The notes under the pieces: generated by a model
Databases searched by the model: none
Told to the model about the DNA's origin: nothing
The model's input: only the letters and a program-made list of their open reading frames with translations
NCBI GenBank assembly: GCA_012295275.1
Contig: CM022671.1
Coordinates: 35,464,001-35,528,000 of the forward strand
DNA length: 64,000 nucleotides
Direction of reading: 5' to 3'
From: Chrysomallon squamiferum
Lineage: Eukaryota; Animalia; Mollusca
Shown here: piece after piece, positions 1 through 25,280 of the stretch
Layout: each line of letters starts with the position of its first letter
Position numbering within the stretch: position 1 is the first letter of the stretch
Made by a program: the position numbers and the translations under genes

Positions 1-2554
1 TCTCAGTAAATTGACCCCAGGGGGTGGATGTACCCTGTTATTTCTTTCTGACAGATGGTTATAAATTTAATGTTTATGATAATCAACCTAAATGGTGATC
101 CATTATCAGCTGATTTTAAACTTTTATGTGCCCTGTTATTTTGCCTGCAGCTTTTATTTTTAAGCTGTTGGTTGTTGTTAGCAACCATAATGTCCAGTGA
201 ATTAGCGATTATTGTGCTTTCTGCTGATATGGTATGATACTGCAACTCAGTAATTTTTAAAAAATTTTTTTTATATATTTTTTTAAAATTTGTTCTGTCA
301 TTCAAAAATATAAAATGGTAATTGAACAATCATTATATGAAAGGTAAGAAAAAATATACTTGCAAAATATTTTGATTTACATAATTTTTAATATTGTATT
401 ATATTTATTATTATTATTTATTATTATTTATTATTATTACTAGTAGTAGTAGTAGTAGTATTCCAAATCACTGAATAACTATATACGTTCTAAAAAATCA
501 ATAGATAGTTTTATACAAATTATTCTCAAAATAGTAGCAAGCTTCAGATTAGATATTAACATGCTGGCCTATGGCAGTATATCACACAATGTTTCCATCT
601 TAATGCATCTGTTGGATAATTTCCTGTTCTAACCAGGCTCTTACAGCTGATTTGTCAAAGGCTGTGGTACGTGTATACCTGTTTTTGAATAAAACAGCTA
701 ACTATATAATGATACCTTTTTTTCTTTTTTTTTAATTCTGTCTCATTATTTTTATATCTGCTCATTGTTACAAAAATAAATGACTAACAAACTGGAAGGA
801 AGGATGTTTTGAAATAATAAATTATATTTGTTATCACATATTGTGCTGACATGTTGTTTATTTTATTAACTAGCTGATATTAACAAACTCAGGGTGACAG
901 ATATTTAAAGGGAAAGGTTACTTCCTGGGACCTGATCTGTGTAATTGTTGATGACAAAGTATTTGGTGACACACAGATATTCAGCCATCTTGGTTACACA
1001 CTTCACAGTACTTGGTATCAGATAACACTAGAGGCTGGACATGTGTTTCCACTCTAATTACAGCAAAGTGATCGTGTCACCAGATGTGTTTTCTCTGATA
1101 CGAGTGTAATAACAGTTTCTACTGTGGCTGCAAGATAGTAACTCATCAAATGTGTTTTCTGTCTTTTGTCTGTGTGTATATGTATGAGTGTGTTTTGTCT
1201 GTGCGTATGTGTGCAGGTCTCTGTGTATGTGTGTGAGTGTGTTTTGTCTGTGCATATGTGTGCAGGTCTGTGTGTGTGTGTGTGTGTGTGTTTTGTCTGT
1301 GTGTGTGAGTGTGTTTGTGAGTGCGTATGCTTGATATTATTTTATTTTTGATAGCTGTACATTGTTACCTCTTTAGACACAATCTGAATTGTGTTATTTT
1401 ATTACAAGTTAGCATTTGAATAGCAAAAATATTTTGTAAATTGAATAAAGTTCTGAAAGAGTTGTTTTTGTTTCTTTACTTCAAATACCACACAGGTTCA
1501 CTTACTTATTATTATTATTATTATTATTTATTTTACTTTATTTTTTATTTATTTTTAAATATTGAATTTGCAATTTAAATAAAAATTACTTTAGTCTACT
1601 TCACATTTTGTAAGTAGCAAACAAAATTTCAACTGGTATTTGTGTGTGTGTGCCTGTGTGATGTGTGTAAGCAAACATATCAACAACTATGATAGAGTAA
1701 CAGTTAACAAATATACCTGTTTAATCTTGTATATAAATTTGGTAATAATAATAATTTAAGATAAAAATACAAAAGTTTACTGACCCCATGCTAATGTTGT
1801 TATTATATTTCAAGATTAGACACGTTGAATAATTTGAATGCAATCTATCAAATATTATACGTGGATTACATAATAGCTAGTTAACCTTACTTCATTTCAA
1901 AGACAGCTAAGTCCTGCTATCAATATATTCTTATTGATTGTCAGCCATTAATTTGGTAATTAAATGTAAGTAAAAATAAACCGAATAATATATATCAGAA
2001 ATATTGACTTGGAATTTGAACCTATTATTTTAAAATATCATAAGTGTGTTAAAATAGAGGTCCACATATTAAGTCTACCAGGATACTATGTATGTTAAGA
2101 TACAAGTGTATATATTAATTATGCTAACTTGCAGGTATGCATATTAATTATATTAAGACATATAACATTTATTATGATACATGTGTATTAAGTGTTATTA
2201 TGCAAGTATAGGCTTCATATTAAGTATTTTAAGACAAAGGTGTGTGTATATATATATATATATTAAGAGACGTATTTTTTAAGTGTTAAGATTTAGGTGT
2301 ATATATTAAATATGTTAATTTATAGATAAACTATTTATCAAGTGTATTAAAATATCATATGTGTTTACAGGTGTAAATATTAAGAATTAGATGTAAAAAT
2401 TAGTACACTAAAATAGAGGTAAATATTAAGTATATGTTAAGATACAGGTATACATATTAAGTATGTTAAGATAAGGTGTAAGTATTAAGCATGTTAAGAC
2501 ACAGGTTAATACTAAGTACATTAAGTTCAGGACATAAGTACTAAGTATATATAT

Positions 2555-2830
2555 TATTAGAGATATAAGTATTAATATACATTAAGTTACATATATAAGT
2601 ATTAAGTATACATTAAGTTACAGATATAAGTATTAATATACATTAGGTTACATATATAAATATTAAGTATACATTAAGTTACAGATATAAGTATAAAGTA
2701 TACATTAAGTTACAGATGTAAGTATTAAGTATATACTGTTACAGATATAAGTATTAAGAATACATTAAGTTACAGATATAAGATGTATACATTACGTTAC
2801 AGATATAAAGTATATACTAAGTTACAGGTG
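2555..2830. repeat. Intronic minisatellite, ~30-31 bp unit (agatataagtattaagtatacattaagttac)
   Basis: About 8-9 tandem copies visible, with more degenerate copies upstream from ~2050. Confidence 0.85.
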
Positions 2831-2889
2831 AAGTGTTTTGCGACACTGGTGTAAATGTTAAGCTATATTTGCTGCTGAACATATTTCAG

Positions 2890-2964
2890 GACGAGTAGAT
2901 CAAGACTACAGAAACTGAGGAAGTTTTTCCATACTGTGCGCTTTATCACAAAGCTTCGACCTTG
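2890..2964 (+). CDS. Probable 75-nt symmetric (phase 2-2) cassette exon of the Slingshot gene, encoding TSRSRLQKLRKFFHTVRFITKLRP(C)
   Basis: Acceptor atatttcag| and donor TG|gtgaga. Open frame with length divisible by 3, and the end phase matches the next SSH exon (TG+T=Cys, then LSESYF). No homology check was possible. Confidence 0.5.
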
Positions 2965-3789
2965 GTGAGACATGGGTTTCTGCATGGGGTGCTTGTTTCT
3001 CACTCTGCTTACTAATGTCTGCTCCTAACACTGCCACTCTATGTAACTGCATATATATTACATCTCTTTATATCTACCTGTCATTTATCTAAATACCTGA
3101 GTTTACAATGCAAAAAAAAAAAATTAATAATAATAATAATTAATTGTTAAAAAAGTAACAAAAGTTCTGAACTTAGTGTTTTTTATTTTATGTTTCAGGG
3201 TCATTACAACATTACATATATTCTTCATTTCTGTTAGTCTGTCATGATTATTTTAAAAAATGGAAGAGTGAAGAATTTGTTTTTTCATACAGGGAAATGG
3301 GGGATGGAACGTTAAACAGAACTGATATTTTGTATATTTATAAAAGCATGGAGCATGGAGTGTTGTTGATGTTTACAAAAAATTTGATAGATCTGAAAAC
3401 ATTTATTTAAGTTATTACATACTTTATACCTGATAAATTATATACTTCTATGTATCTGTTAACTCAAGTGATCATTTTAAAACTGAACTTTGTATGCTCT
3501 CTCTTTAAATACATTGAAATGACATAATTTTCCACAGGCCTTGCCCAGTTACATGGATTTTAATGGCCTTCCAGGCTGTTCAGATTTTAATTTTTGTAAT
3601 TTGGTATATCTCAGACATTAAACTATTTCAGCCTGATACAATTCATGCATAAAAGTCATTTGACAGTTTTTGTCTTCTATTTTTTTAAATACTTTGTGAT
3701 ATGTTATTACAAAGAAAGTTTTTCTGATGTTGAATTGTAATCGTGAAATTAGGTAGCAGAAAACAAAACCGTTATGTAAATATGTACAC

Positions 3790-3821
<32 letters not shown>

Positions 3822-3916
3822 TGAACAGTAGCAATATTATCAGTTTCTTTATGTATTTAACCATAAAAAGTAATGTATTTAATTTACAAGAAACAAGAAC
3901 GAAGTTGTATTTACAT

Positions 3917-3964
<48 letters not shown>

Positions 3965-5742
3965 AATTTGTCAGTGGTCGTTTCATGATTGCATTTTTAT
4001 ATTAATAAAACCTTGCGTCTGCAAGAAATTACAACATTACATGTTAGGAGTTTTTTTATTTATTATTATTATTTTTTTTTTAAATTATTATTATTATTGT
4101 TTTGTTCTCTGTTTTTGTTTTAGACAAATAATAGTCAGAATATGACAGACTGCATAGTTTTTCTGGGTTTGTTTTTTGCTCCATTGATGAAATAATAGAA
4201 TTAATCACTGGATGACTATTTATATAGTTTTATTACAGTTTCAAGTTTTGTTTGATACAGGTTAAAGCAGTTTATTTATTTATTTATTTATTTATTTAAT
4301 GACTTACTTATTTATATATATTTTATTTTTTTTTTTTTTTTTTTTTGATACATTTATTATGATTATTATTATTATTGTTAGCTTTTCTCTTTCATGTTTT
4401 TTTTTTGGGGTAGGAGAAGGTGGAGTTTCAACATATAAAAAACATTTACAAAATGTTTTATTATAATTTTTTTAATCACTAATAATTAATATTTGATCTA
4501 TTTCTCACTAGAATTGCTTGCAGCTTAATCTTCCTTGAAAATGACAAGAAATTTTTTTTCTTTACCTGTACATTTTTTTTTTTTTTTTTTTTTTTCTATT
4601 GCAATGGTGAAAGTGAAACTACTCTTAACATGCATATTGCATGTTTTCCCCAAAGTTTTTTTTTAGTTTGGGGATCTTCTCTTTGTTTTCCTCCTTCCAT
4701 TGTTCATGTACTATTAAAATAATCTTCTATTTTCAGCATGGTTTTAATACAATAATAGTAATAACAACATCAAAAAGAGTAATAATAACATAATTAATTA
4801 CACACTGCTATGGTATATTCTCCAGTATAATAATAATAATATTAAAGGCATGGAGGTGTGGAAAAAAAATTAAAAATTCTGTAATTAATAATTTATGTGA
4901 GAAAAATAAAATCCCCATAATTAAAATATTAATATTTATTTCCCCTTAATCTACTAATCAGTTAATAATATATTAATAACTTAATGATTTAAAAAAATAA
5001 GGATACTGATAATAAATATGTATTGAATTATTTCTATTATTATGTTATTGTTATTATTATTTGTTATTTTATTATTATCATTTTATATAATAATCAGATG
5101 GATAGTGATCTATTTCTAAAAGATTTATAAATAAATTAAACATAACAGAAGCTTGATAAAATTAACAGTTCAAGAATAAAATATTAGTTGTCATGAAAAT
5201 AGTTTTTATCCCGTTGTTGTATTATAGTTTGTTACATAGTTTAAGAAATAAGAAAGGTAATAGTATAGTGCTTGTTTTGTTGTAACTTTCAAAGTTAGTA
5301 ATAAAAATAGTTTATGATTAACATTCAATTCTTTTCTTCTGAGAACTGATATGAGCATTGCTTTGATATGTAGACATAGATTTTCGATTTATTTTTAAAA
5401 TAATAGTAATAATAATACTCTTGTTGAAAATATTGGAAAATCATTCTTAAAACTAATTTACTAAAAGGATAATTTCAGAGAGAAAAAATCTAGGAGGGTG
5501 GGAACTGAAGGGTTTTGAGAAATGTAGAAAAATAAAAATATGTTTAATAAGAGAGAAAGAAAGAAAGAGAAAAAATGAAGATAGATTGATAAGGGGAAAA
5601 AGATACGTGTCGAAAAGTGGGGGAAAATCATTGTAATTTATTATTTTTTAAAATTTGAGTGTGTGTGTGTGTTTGTGTGTCTGTGTATTTACTTGTTTTC
5701 TGTTTTGTTTGTTTATTTCTGACTTGAAGATTTGTGTTGCAG

Positions 5743-16538
<10,796 letters not shown>

Positions 16539-16859
16539 TCACTGGTGTGTAGTTGTAGTAGACATAACCTGGCGCACAACATGAGACAGATGTATTTAAG
16601 ACATGGATTTACAGAGAGGCGTTGTTGTTGTACTACCCTTGCATATCATTAACGTGCCTGCAGTGTGCTGTAATTACAAGTTGTGTTACTAAGTGTTGTA
16701 TGTAATAACAGGGTTCTCTACAGGTTAGGTTTTTATAAGTACTCTCTGTGTAGTAACGAGGTTTTTATAACTACTCTACTTATACAGCTGGCTGTTTGCT
16801 GTTAGGATCCTGGTACCTTTAACTGTATGTTGTTACTATAGTGATATAAATACTGTTAT

Positions 16860-17810
16860 CTGTGTGCTGTTAGTATACTACTAATACTGTTAACTGTATG
16901 CTTCTAGTGTACTGATACTATTAGCTGTATACTGCTAGTGTACTGATACTATTACCTGTATACTGCTAGTGTACTGATACTATTATCTGTATACTTCCAA
17001 TATACTGATACTATTATCTGTATACTTCCACTATACTGATACTATTATCTGTATACTTCCACTATACTGATACTATTATCTGTATACCTCTAGTATACTG
17101 ATACTATTAGCTGTGTACTTCTAGTGTACCTGTACTATTAGTTGTATACTGCTAGTGTACTGGAACTATTAGCTCTATACTGCTAGTGTACTGATACTAT
17201 TAGCTGTGTACTTCTAGTGTACTGGTACTATTAGCTGTATGCTGCTAGTGTACTGGTACTATTATCTGTATACTTCTAGTGTACTGGTACTATTATCTTT
17301 ATACTGCTAGTGTACTGATACTATTAGCTGTATACTGCTAGTGTACTGATAATATTACCTGTATACTGCTAGTGTACTGATAATATTACCTGTATACTGC
17401 TAGTGTACTGATACTATTACCTGTATACTGCTAGTGTACTGATAATATTACCTGTATACTGCTAGTGTACTGGTACTATTATCTGTATACTTCTAGTGTA
17501 CTGGTACTATTATCTTTATACTGCTAGTGTACTGATACTATTACCTGTATACTGCTAGTGTACTGATACTATTACCTGTATACTGCTAGTGTACTGATAA
17601 TATTACCTGTATACTGCTAGCATACTGATACTATTACCTGTATACTGCTAGCGTACTGGTAGCATTAGCTCTATACTTCTAGTGTACTATTAGCTGTATA
17701 CTGCTAGTGTATTGGTACTATTACCTGTATACTGCTAGCATACTGGTAACATTAGCTCTATACTTCTAGTGTACTATTAGCTGTATACTGCTAATGTATT
17801 GGTACTAATA
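16860..17810. repeat. 31-bp minisatellite (tactattacctgtatactgctagtgtactga), roughly 30 copies, downstream of the SSH stop (probable 3' UTR)
   Basis: Direct tandem copies. The first ATTAAA/AATAAA after the stop is at ~18100-18165, beyond the array. Confidence 0.92.
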
Positions 17811-18331
17811 ATACTGAATACTAATAATACAGGAAGTTTTCTAATGATATACTGGCACTGTTGTATAGTTATTGTTTACTGAAATAATGGTACTGTTGGA
17901 TACATGCTGTCAGGGTACTGATACTACTCGTTAGGCAGCTGTTAGAATACTGGTGTACTGCACTATGAGTATAAGAATATGAGTACATCTTGTCAGTATG
18001 TGTATACCAGTACTGTATGATTTGTACTGAACGTGAACCAATAACAGTTTGAGTAGGTTTGAGGCTAGTTTTAAATATTTTTAAATGCTATGCAAAACAT
18101 TAAAAAAGAACTCTGCCAAACTGACTGCATATGAAATAGAACACATTACCAGTGGGGTTAATAAAGGTTATACTTTTTTTATTTTATTATTATTAAAGCA
18201 TCGTCATCATCATCATTATTATTATTTTATTTTTAAATTTTGTTATTGGTGTTATCATTATCGTCATTATTATTATTTTATTATTATTATTATTGCTATT
18301 ATTATTATTATTCTTCTTCTTCTTCTTCTTC

Positions 18332-18377
<46 letters not shown>

Positions 18378-20121
18378 TTCACTATATAGCTCCTTCATAA
18401 AATTTAAAACTCAAAGCTTCCAGGTACACTGCTCAGTATTAAATGGTGAAATGTTTTGACAAAGGATGTAAGGTGCCTAATATTTTTAAAAAATATAATA
18501 AAAATACAGCACTACAGCATTTTGATATAAATATCCAAAAAATTAACAAACAAAAAATTAACAATTTTAAAAATTAAAATCTTTTATTTATATTGATTGT
18601 GTATTTTATTTTTAAATTTCTCTGATTACATCTGCATTTTTCATATCCATCTTTTGTGTCACCCTTCCTTCATTGTCTCTCTTACATATCCACATGAAAC
18701 AGTTTCACAGTTTGTCTAGATGTTGTGTTACATTTGTCTGCCTTATTTTAAAGATTTATAACAGAGTAACCTCTACAGTAAACAAAAATTGCCTTATTAA
18801 CATACCACATTTTACTTCTTTGTGATTTTATAATCACTGTTTCATCTATTTATTTATTTATTTATTTATCAGTTTATTTATTTATTTATGCTTATGCCTC
18901 CAGATCTCACCACTATGTTAATACTGCACATCTGTTTATCCTCAACATTTAATTCCACATTCATCTGTCTTTCTCTGTCTCCCTACCATCCTCTCTCCCT
19001 CTTTCTCTCTCTCTCATATTCCTTTCCCCCTCCCCTACCTTCATCCCTATGCTATTTCTCAAATCAGTAGCTCCTGATAAATTAATTAAAATTAATTTTT
19101 AAAGAAAATCTTACATAAGTAAACATTTTGAAGTAGTTTTGATTTCTATGTAAAGAACCGGTACTAACATAATTTATTAACTGTTTGAAGAATTGTCCCA
19201 GTTTGCAATTAATATTTATTTCTTACAGAAGTATTTATAAATAGTATGTCTGTTACTTGTGTAGATGTAGAGGTAATTTATGTAGTAAAAGTTAAATTCA
19301 GTTTTTATATTTTTATAGCTGAAGTTAATTAAATTTTAAAAATTCTGTTACATTTTTTGCATTTTTAATATTTTAATTTTGAGGTTAGTTGTAGATTTTT
19401 CTTTTTCCTTAACTGATAGCAGTTTAATTAAAAAACAAAAATAACAAAAATAAACATTTTAAAATAAATAATAATTGATGAATAAAAGTGTAAAATGCTT
19501 TGTTGGTTATCTTTATTTATTATTTTTTTAAATTTTGTTTTGGTGGGGGTTTTTTGGTGGGGTTTTTTTTTTTCATAATTTCATTTGATTTTTCTGTAGG
19601 TGGTGATTACAAATATTTTAAAATAATTTTACATTTATTTGGTTTAAGTGGTGTTTTCTGAAATTAGTTGGGTTTTTTATCAGTCAGAAAATGCCTGCAT
19701 TAAGTAATATAGTAATAAAAATAAAAATTTATTTATTATAGAACCAGTATTGAAATAGTAACAAGTTGTTGAGAATGCTTGGTTTAAAGTGTGAATTTCT
19801 TGAGCAGATATATTATTTAACTACTTTATTTACAGATACCACATGTAAAATAACTGTATATTTTATTTTTGTTTGTTCAATCTCTTGTGTTAAATATATA
19901 TTTTTGTGATAAAGTAATGTTTAGCAATAGTGCTTTGTTGAAGAGTGAAACAGCATGTATATTTTTATACATATATTTGTTTAAACATTTAACACTTCTA
20001 TATAACACATTAATCTTTGTACATTTGTAAAGTGGATTAACAGTTTGTTCATTTCTGTTTATATTTACATAGTTGTATGTGTTAAGTGTGGTGAAATATT
20101 TTACAACCATTTCTTTAACAA

Positions 20122-20156
<35 letters not shown>

Positions 20157-20944
20157 CTGTCTTTTACTGAAAACCTGTAAGGTATATAATAATAATAAAA
20201 CTGAAAGCCCATCTGTAAAATAACTCTTTCAAAATGGAAAGGTGGTATATTTCTAAAAGTAAAATAGTTGGTTTCTTTTCTAGCTACAAAAAATGAAAGA
20301 GATTTTTCTATCAAAGGAGAAGTGGTTTCATTATTATGAATTTTTTTAAAGTATTGAAATAAATGTACATTATTTATTAAGGTTTCAAAAGTAATGATGC
20401 AAAATTAATACAGTTTGCTAATTGGTAATTAAGTATGAAGTCTTTTTTTTTTTTTAGTATCAAAATAAGCCTGTGTAAATATGATTAAATATACAAAAGA
20501 TGTACATAGGGAGAAAGATAAAACTTAAATGTTATAATGTAAGTATAGTGTACATGAGTTGAGAATCCCACCAGTCTGTGTTAAAATTAGCAGTAGTAAA
20601 ATGAAATATTTGTAATAAAATGAAATTATCAGTTTTATATCTAATAGCTTCAAATCCAGCATTTATCAGTAGTCTTTTTTTTTTATATAATGTTATTAAA
20701 TCCTTACGTGTTATGCAAAACAAAACATATTATTTTTATTATTTTGTTTGATAGTATATTTACATGTCCTGAACAATATACATAATAATAAGTTAAGATA
20801 AACATAGCTATGTATGGTAAACAATAAATTCAGATTGGTTTTTTTTTTTTTAAGCTTTTATCATAATACATTAATAGTACATCTACGTCAGCTTTAAACT
20901 TTAATATGTTCATTACTGTTATTATTATTCTTATTATTATATTA

Positions 20945-20986
<42 letters not shown>

Positions 20987-21132
20987 ATCATCATTCAGTG
21001 CATATCACTATTTTATCACTAAAAGAATGTATAAGATGAATACATTCTGGTGCCTTTCAGCGTATGCCAAAACAGAAGTTTGGAATTACATACATCTTTT
21101 CAGTAATTTTATATATATATTTCTATTTACTG

Positions 21133-21183
<51 letters not shown>

Positions 21184-21844
21184 TTTTAAATAAGTGTTTT
21201 ACTGTTTAGTAATGGAAACATGAATATATATGCTAAATGGGAGGAAAATATAAATTTATGTTCACAAACATTTATTTTATTTTATTTTATTTTATTTTAT
21301 TTTTTATTTTATTTTATTTTACTTTATTTTTTTCTTTTGCAGTTTACATACAACAAAACACAAATAAGGTAGAATTAACTTTAAAAAAATAAATAATATA
21401 TATATATATAATGTAAATAATTCTTAACTGCATGATTGTAAAACTAATATTAGTTTGAGTTGAGGCAGCAGGCAATTTAAGTAATGTTTAAATTATTCTC
21501 TTTAAGTGACTAAACTTTCTCTGTTAGATGTGCAGGCAGCTTTTCTGTGGACTCAGCAAGAGTTACGTCCCTTGTTTTTGATGCAAGCAAGTGTAGAGTT
21601 CTGTGTGTTTACTTTGTATATTCTGATGTACATATTTTTAGATGTTTTCATGCTTTCCTATGGTGCTTCGTCTGTCTTGGAAGTGCAATTGCTTTTGTAG
21701 CAAAAAAAAAAAAAAATTATATAAATAAAGTGCATTAATAAAGTTTTGTATGTCATTCTTATTTGTTTGTCTGTTTGTAATTATTTGAAAATTCAAGTTT
21801 TAATAAGTGAAAAAAGAATTTTGGAATTTTATTTTTCTGAAAAA

Positions 21845-22050
21845 CAATGTAACATGATTTGACATAAAATACAATGTAACCTGATTTGACATAAAATACA
21901 ATGTAACCTGATTTGACATTTGATGAAATACAATGTAACATGATTTGACATATGATGAAATAGTGTGTAACATGATTTGACATTTGATGAAAGACAATGT
22001 AACATGATTTGACATTTGATGAAAGACAATGTAACATGATTTGACATACA
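21845..22050. repeat. 27/32-bp minisatellite (tgatgaaagacaatgtaacatgatttgacatt), copy 1
   Basis: About 7 tandem units; the same family recurs at 25020-25280. Confidence 0.9.
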
Positions 22051-23836
22051 ATGAAACTGCCAGTTTGTTTTGAGTGCATTTTGTTTGTTTAAATGGAAAA
22101 TAAAAATATGATGTGATGGACCAACAAGCTGGAATAAAAATGGTTAACTCCAATGATTGAAATATACATGCACAAATATTTTGTCATTTCACAATGAAAT
22201 ATTAATAATCTACAGATCTAGAGATGGTGTAATTTATAGCATGCAGACCTTAGAATTACCAAGACTTCACTTATTTTTGACTGCATCACAATTCATGTTC
22301 AAAATACAGTTGAGTTCTGGAAATGTATGACTAAATGTTTGTAATCATGAAATCAGAAATGTGGACTTTGTGTGTAGAATATATATCACAGTGTAGAGTT
22401 GGAATATTAAAATTATAAATACCAGTCATACTAAAATTTGTTTACAACTTCAATTAGTTGATTTGTAGAATGTTTCAAAATTGTTTATTTATAAATAAAA
22501 TTTAAATTTAGAAGTGAATCTGATTCACTTTTAAGATATATGTATACCTGTCTACAAAAGATAGATATTAAAGATGAAATGTATAAAAGATATTGAGAAA
22601 TATAAATTTTATGTTTATACTTGATAGGTCAGTTTGGCTTCTCATAGTTCACTGAGTTCTCTGCTGGGTTGTTCAGTGTGTTGACACATTTCAATTTACT
22701 TTTCTTTCTTCTTATTCAAAACATGAAAAGGATAAAAGCAGAAAAAAAAAAAAAAAATCACAAACTTGTATTACATATATTTCACTAACTTCACACTCTG
22801 GTATATAAATCTTTGTCACTTTTATCTTTCAGTGCATTTTATTTATTTATTCCTTTTTATTTATTTATTTTTTTATTTATTTATTTTAATTATTTAGTGT
22901 TTTTTTTAGTTTTTTTTTCTAGTTGTTTTTTTATTTATTATTTTTTTATTATTAATACTTTTAATTTATTTATTATTTATTATTACTTTTTTTTTTTTTT
23001 TTTTTTACCTTTGCATTTCATTAACATTCAATGTCATCTACACAAGAAAAGAAAAGACAAATGTTGTACAGTCAAATAGATTTGTTTGTTAATTTATTGA
23101 ACCAGCTCTGCATTGGTCTGCTGAACGTGTTGTTTGTGAACTGATACTGAGATAAAAGTGACTGGGAGAGAGTGATCAATACAGAACACAATACTCGGTG
23201 CTGATATTTTTTTTATCATTTACGTAATTTATCACATATTGTGTCTCACTAACACATTTCTTTCACCCAGTGTGAAACTGTTCACAGAATGTTGACAGAA
23301 TCTGATAAATATCCTGTGATAAAAACTTCCAGTTTCATTTGGGAGAGACATTCAGTTGATCTTGACTTCAGTTATTGGAGTGTTGTTTAATATTCATTTT
23401 GTTTTCTGTTGTGTGGAATAAAATTTAAATATTTGGCTTGTAGCTGAGAGGGTGATGGAAACCAAACTGCATTGAAATTGTTTTTATTTCTGGGATCTGT
23501 TGAGGTATGTTTAACAAGAATTCAATTTCAGTGAAAACTGTTTATTAAAAACATAAGTTCATTAAGAACAGCAGTTATAAATACTTGATCTGTTCATGAT
23601 TGATTAGCTTTATCCCAACAGATGTAACATTAATATTTTCCTTTAAAAAGTAAGTTCAATATTTGTGTCTGTTATATACTGTAAGGAAACTGATGTAGTT
23701 TCTAAACTGTAAACTGTACATGTTTATCAATTACAATTTGTTCATTGTTCACCTAAATGGGGAAAAAAAAAATCTCTTTTCACATTAATAAGTATTATTT
23801 TTTGATAATTTTTGTTTAGAAATTTAAAGCCACACA

Positions 23837-24556
23837 ATGGATCTAGTGAGGAAGATGGATTATGAGAAAAGAACACAACACCTGAGGAAAACACTTCGCA
23901 GGAATGTCGTGAAAGGTCGAGAATTCAGTCAACCTGTGCGAGCAGCAAACTTAAACTTTGAGAAAAATTTTGAAAAAACTCTGCACAAAGTGAACAAAGA
24001 AAGACTAATCTTCCACATCAAGTTTTCACGCAGCTTCGACAACCTGCATGAATTTCAGAAAGAAATAGAAGAGAAATCTCTACACTTTTCAGAAAGAACT
24101 TTCAAAGACAGATCAACAACAACAAGAACAACAGACGACATTGACACCGACAGTAATTCTCAAATGATTCAACAACTGCCTCAAAAGCTTTCAGCTTTAA
24201 ATGCAGAACCAATTGAAACTTTAGTTTTAAACAAATCTTCAAAACATTTGAATACTTTGCCTAGAATTGGACTACCTGGGATTGCTGACAGACATTCTGC
24301 TGTAATGAAACATCTGCCAGGTTTTGAGAAAATGTCCTCCTCACAAACCAACATCTACAGACAGTTTCCCAGTGTGAAGAACAGAGAGAGTCGATCTTAC
24401 AGAAAACTGAGAGAAAGATTCACACCAGTGCAGGATAAAGTCCCTGACGTCAGGTTAGAAAAAATTAATTTGTTTCACAAAGAAGAACTGAAGAGAAGTT
24501 CAGATTTGAAAAAGATGGTGAGACAACTCTGTTATGACCTTCAGAATTTAAAATAA
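23837..24556 (+). CDS. Uncharacterised 239-aa basic protein, single coding exon
   Basis: Long non-repetitive ORF in AT-rich DNA. Acceptor tttttgtttag lies ~17 nt before the ATG (cacacaATG), a candidate upstream donor gag|gtatgt is near 23504, and AATAAA overlaps the stop. No recognisable domain. Confidence 0.7.
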   Translation: MDLVRKMDYEKRTQHLRKTLRRNVVKGREFSQPVRAANLNFEKNFEKTLHKVNKERLIFHIKFSRSFDNLHEFQKEIEEKSLHFSERTFKDRSTTTRTTDDIDTDSNSQMIQQLPQKLSALNAEPIETLVLNKSSKHLNTLPRIGLPGIADRHSAVMKHLPGFEKMSSSQTNIYRQFPSVKNRESRSYRKLRERFTPVQDKVPDVRLEKINLFHKEELKRSSDLKKMVRQLCYDLQNLK

Positions 24557-25019
24557 AAATAATAGAGACAAAAACAAAATATTCTAATTTAGATTTGAGA
24601 AAGACTGTAAAACAATATTGTGATATTCAAAATTTATAAACAATATATATTTTAGAGAGAATAGTAAAATTTCAAGTTTGCAAATACTGATAAAACATTA
24701 GTGTTGTCACATTCAAAGTTAAGAACTAAAAAAAAAAAAAAAAATTGTAGACATTTACCAAACTGTTAAATTATAAACTGATTTATGTATCTTTCTGAAA
24801 CTCTTGATATCAGTGTCAAAGTAGCTAGCTTTTTAAAAATGTGTAAACTTATAATTAAGTAATAAAATATTAAACAAAAATGCAATCATTTACTATTTTA
24901 TTTCTAAAAATTAATACATAATACTGTCTCCAATAAGCATCAAAATATACAAACACAAAATACAAAACTAATAAAATTCATGGCTTGACTGATACATGGT
25001 TGGCTGTCACCAAATATAC

Positions 25020-25280
25020 AATTTGACATATGATGAAATATAGTGCAAAATTATTTGACATATGAAATAAAAGTAACATGATATGACATGAAATCAATGT
25101 AACGATTTGACATGAAATACAATGTAACATGATTTGACACATGATGAAACAGTGTGTAACATGATTTGACACTTGATGAAAGACAATGTAACATGATTTG
25201 ACATATAATGAAACACAATGTGACATGATGAAATACAATGAATATGATTTGTCACAATGAAACACAATGTAACATGATTT
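25020..25280. repeat. 27/32-bp minisatellite, copy 2 (same family as 21845-22050)
   Basis: Shares the gaaatacaatgtaacatgatttgaca core and the agtgtgtaac variant, in the same orientation. Confidence 0.88.

Noticed and set aside
16860-17810. CRISPR-like array (repeats of ~31-32 bp here and elsewhere)
   Set aside because: Units are contiguous with no unique spacers, there are no cas genes, and the context is eukaryotic.
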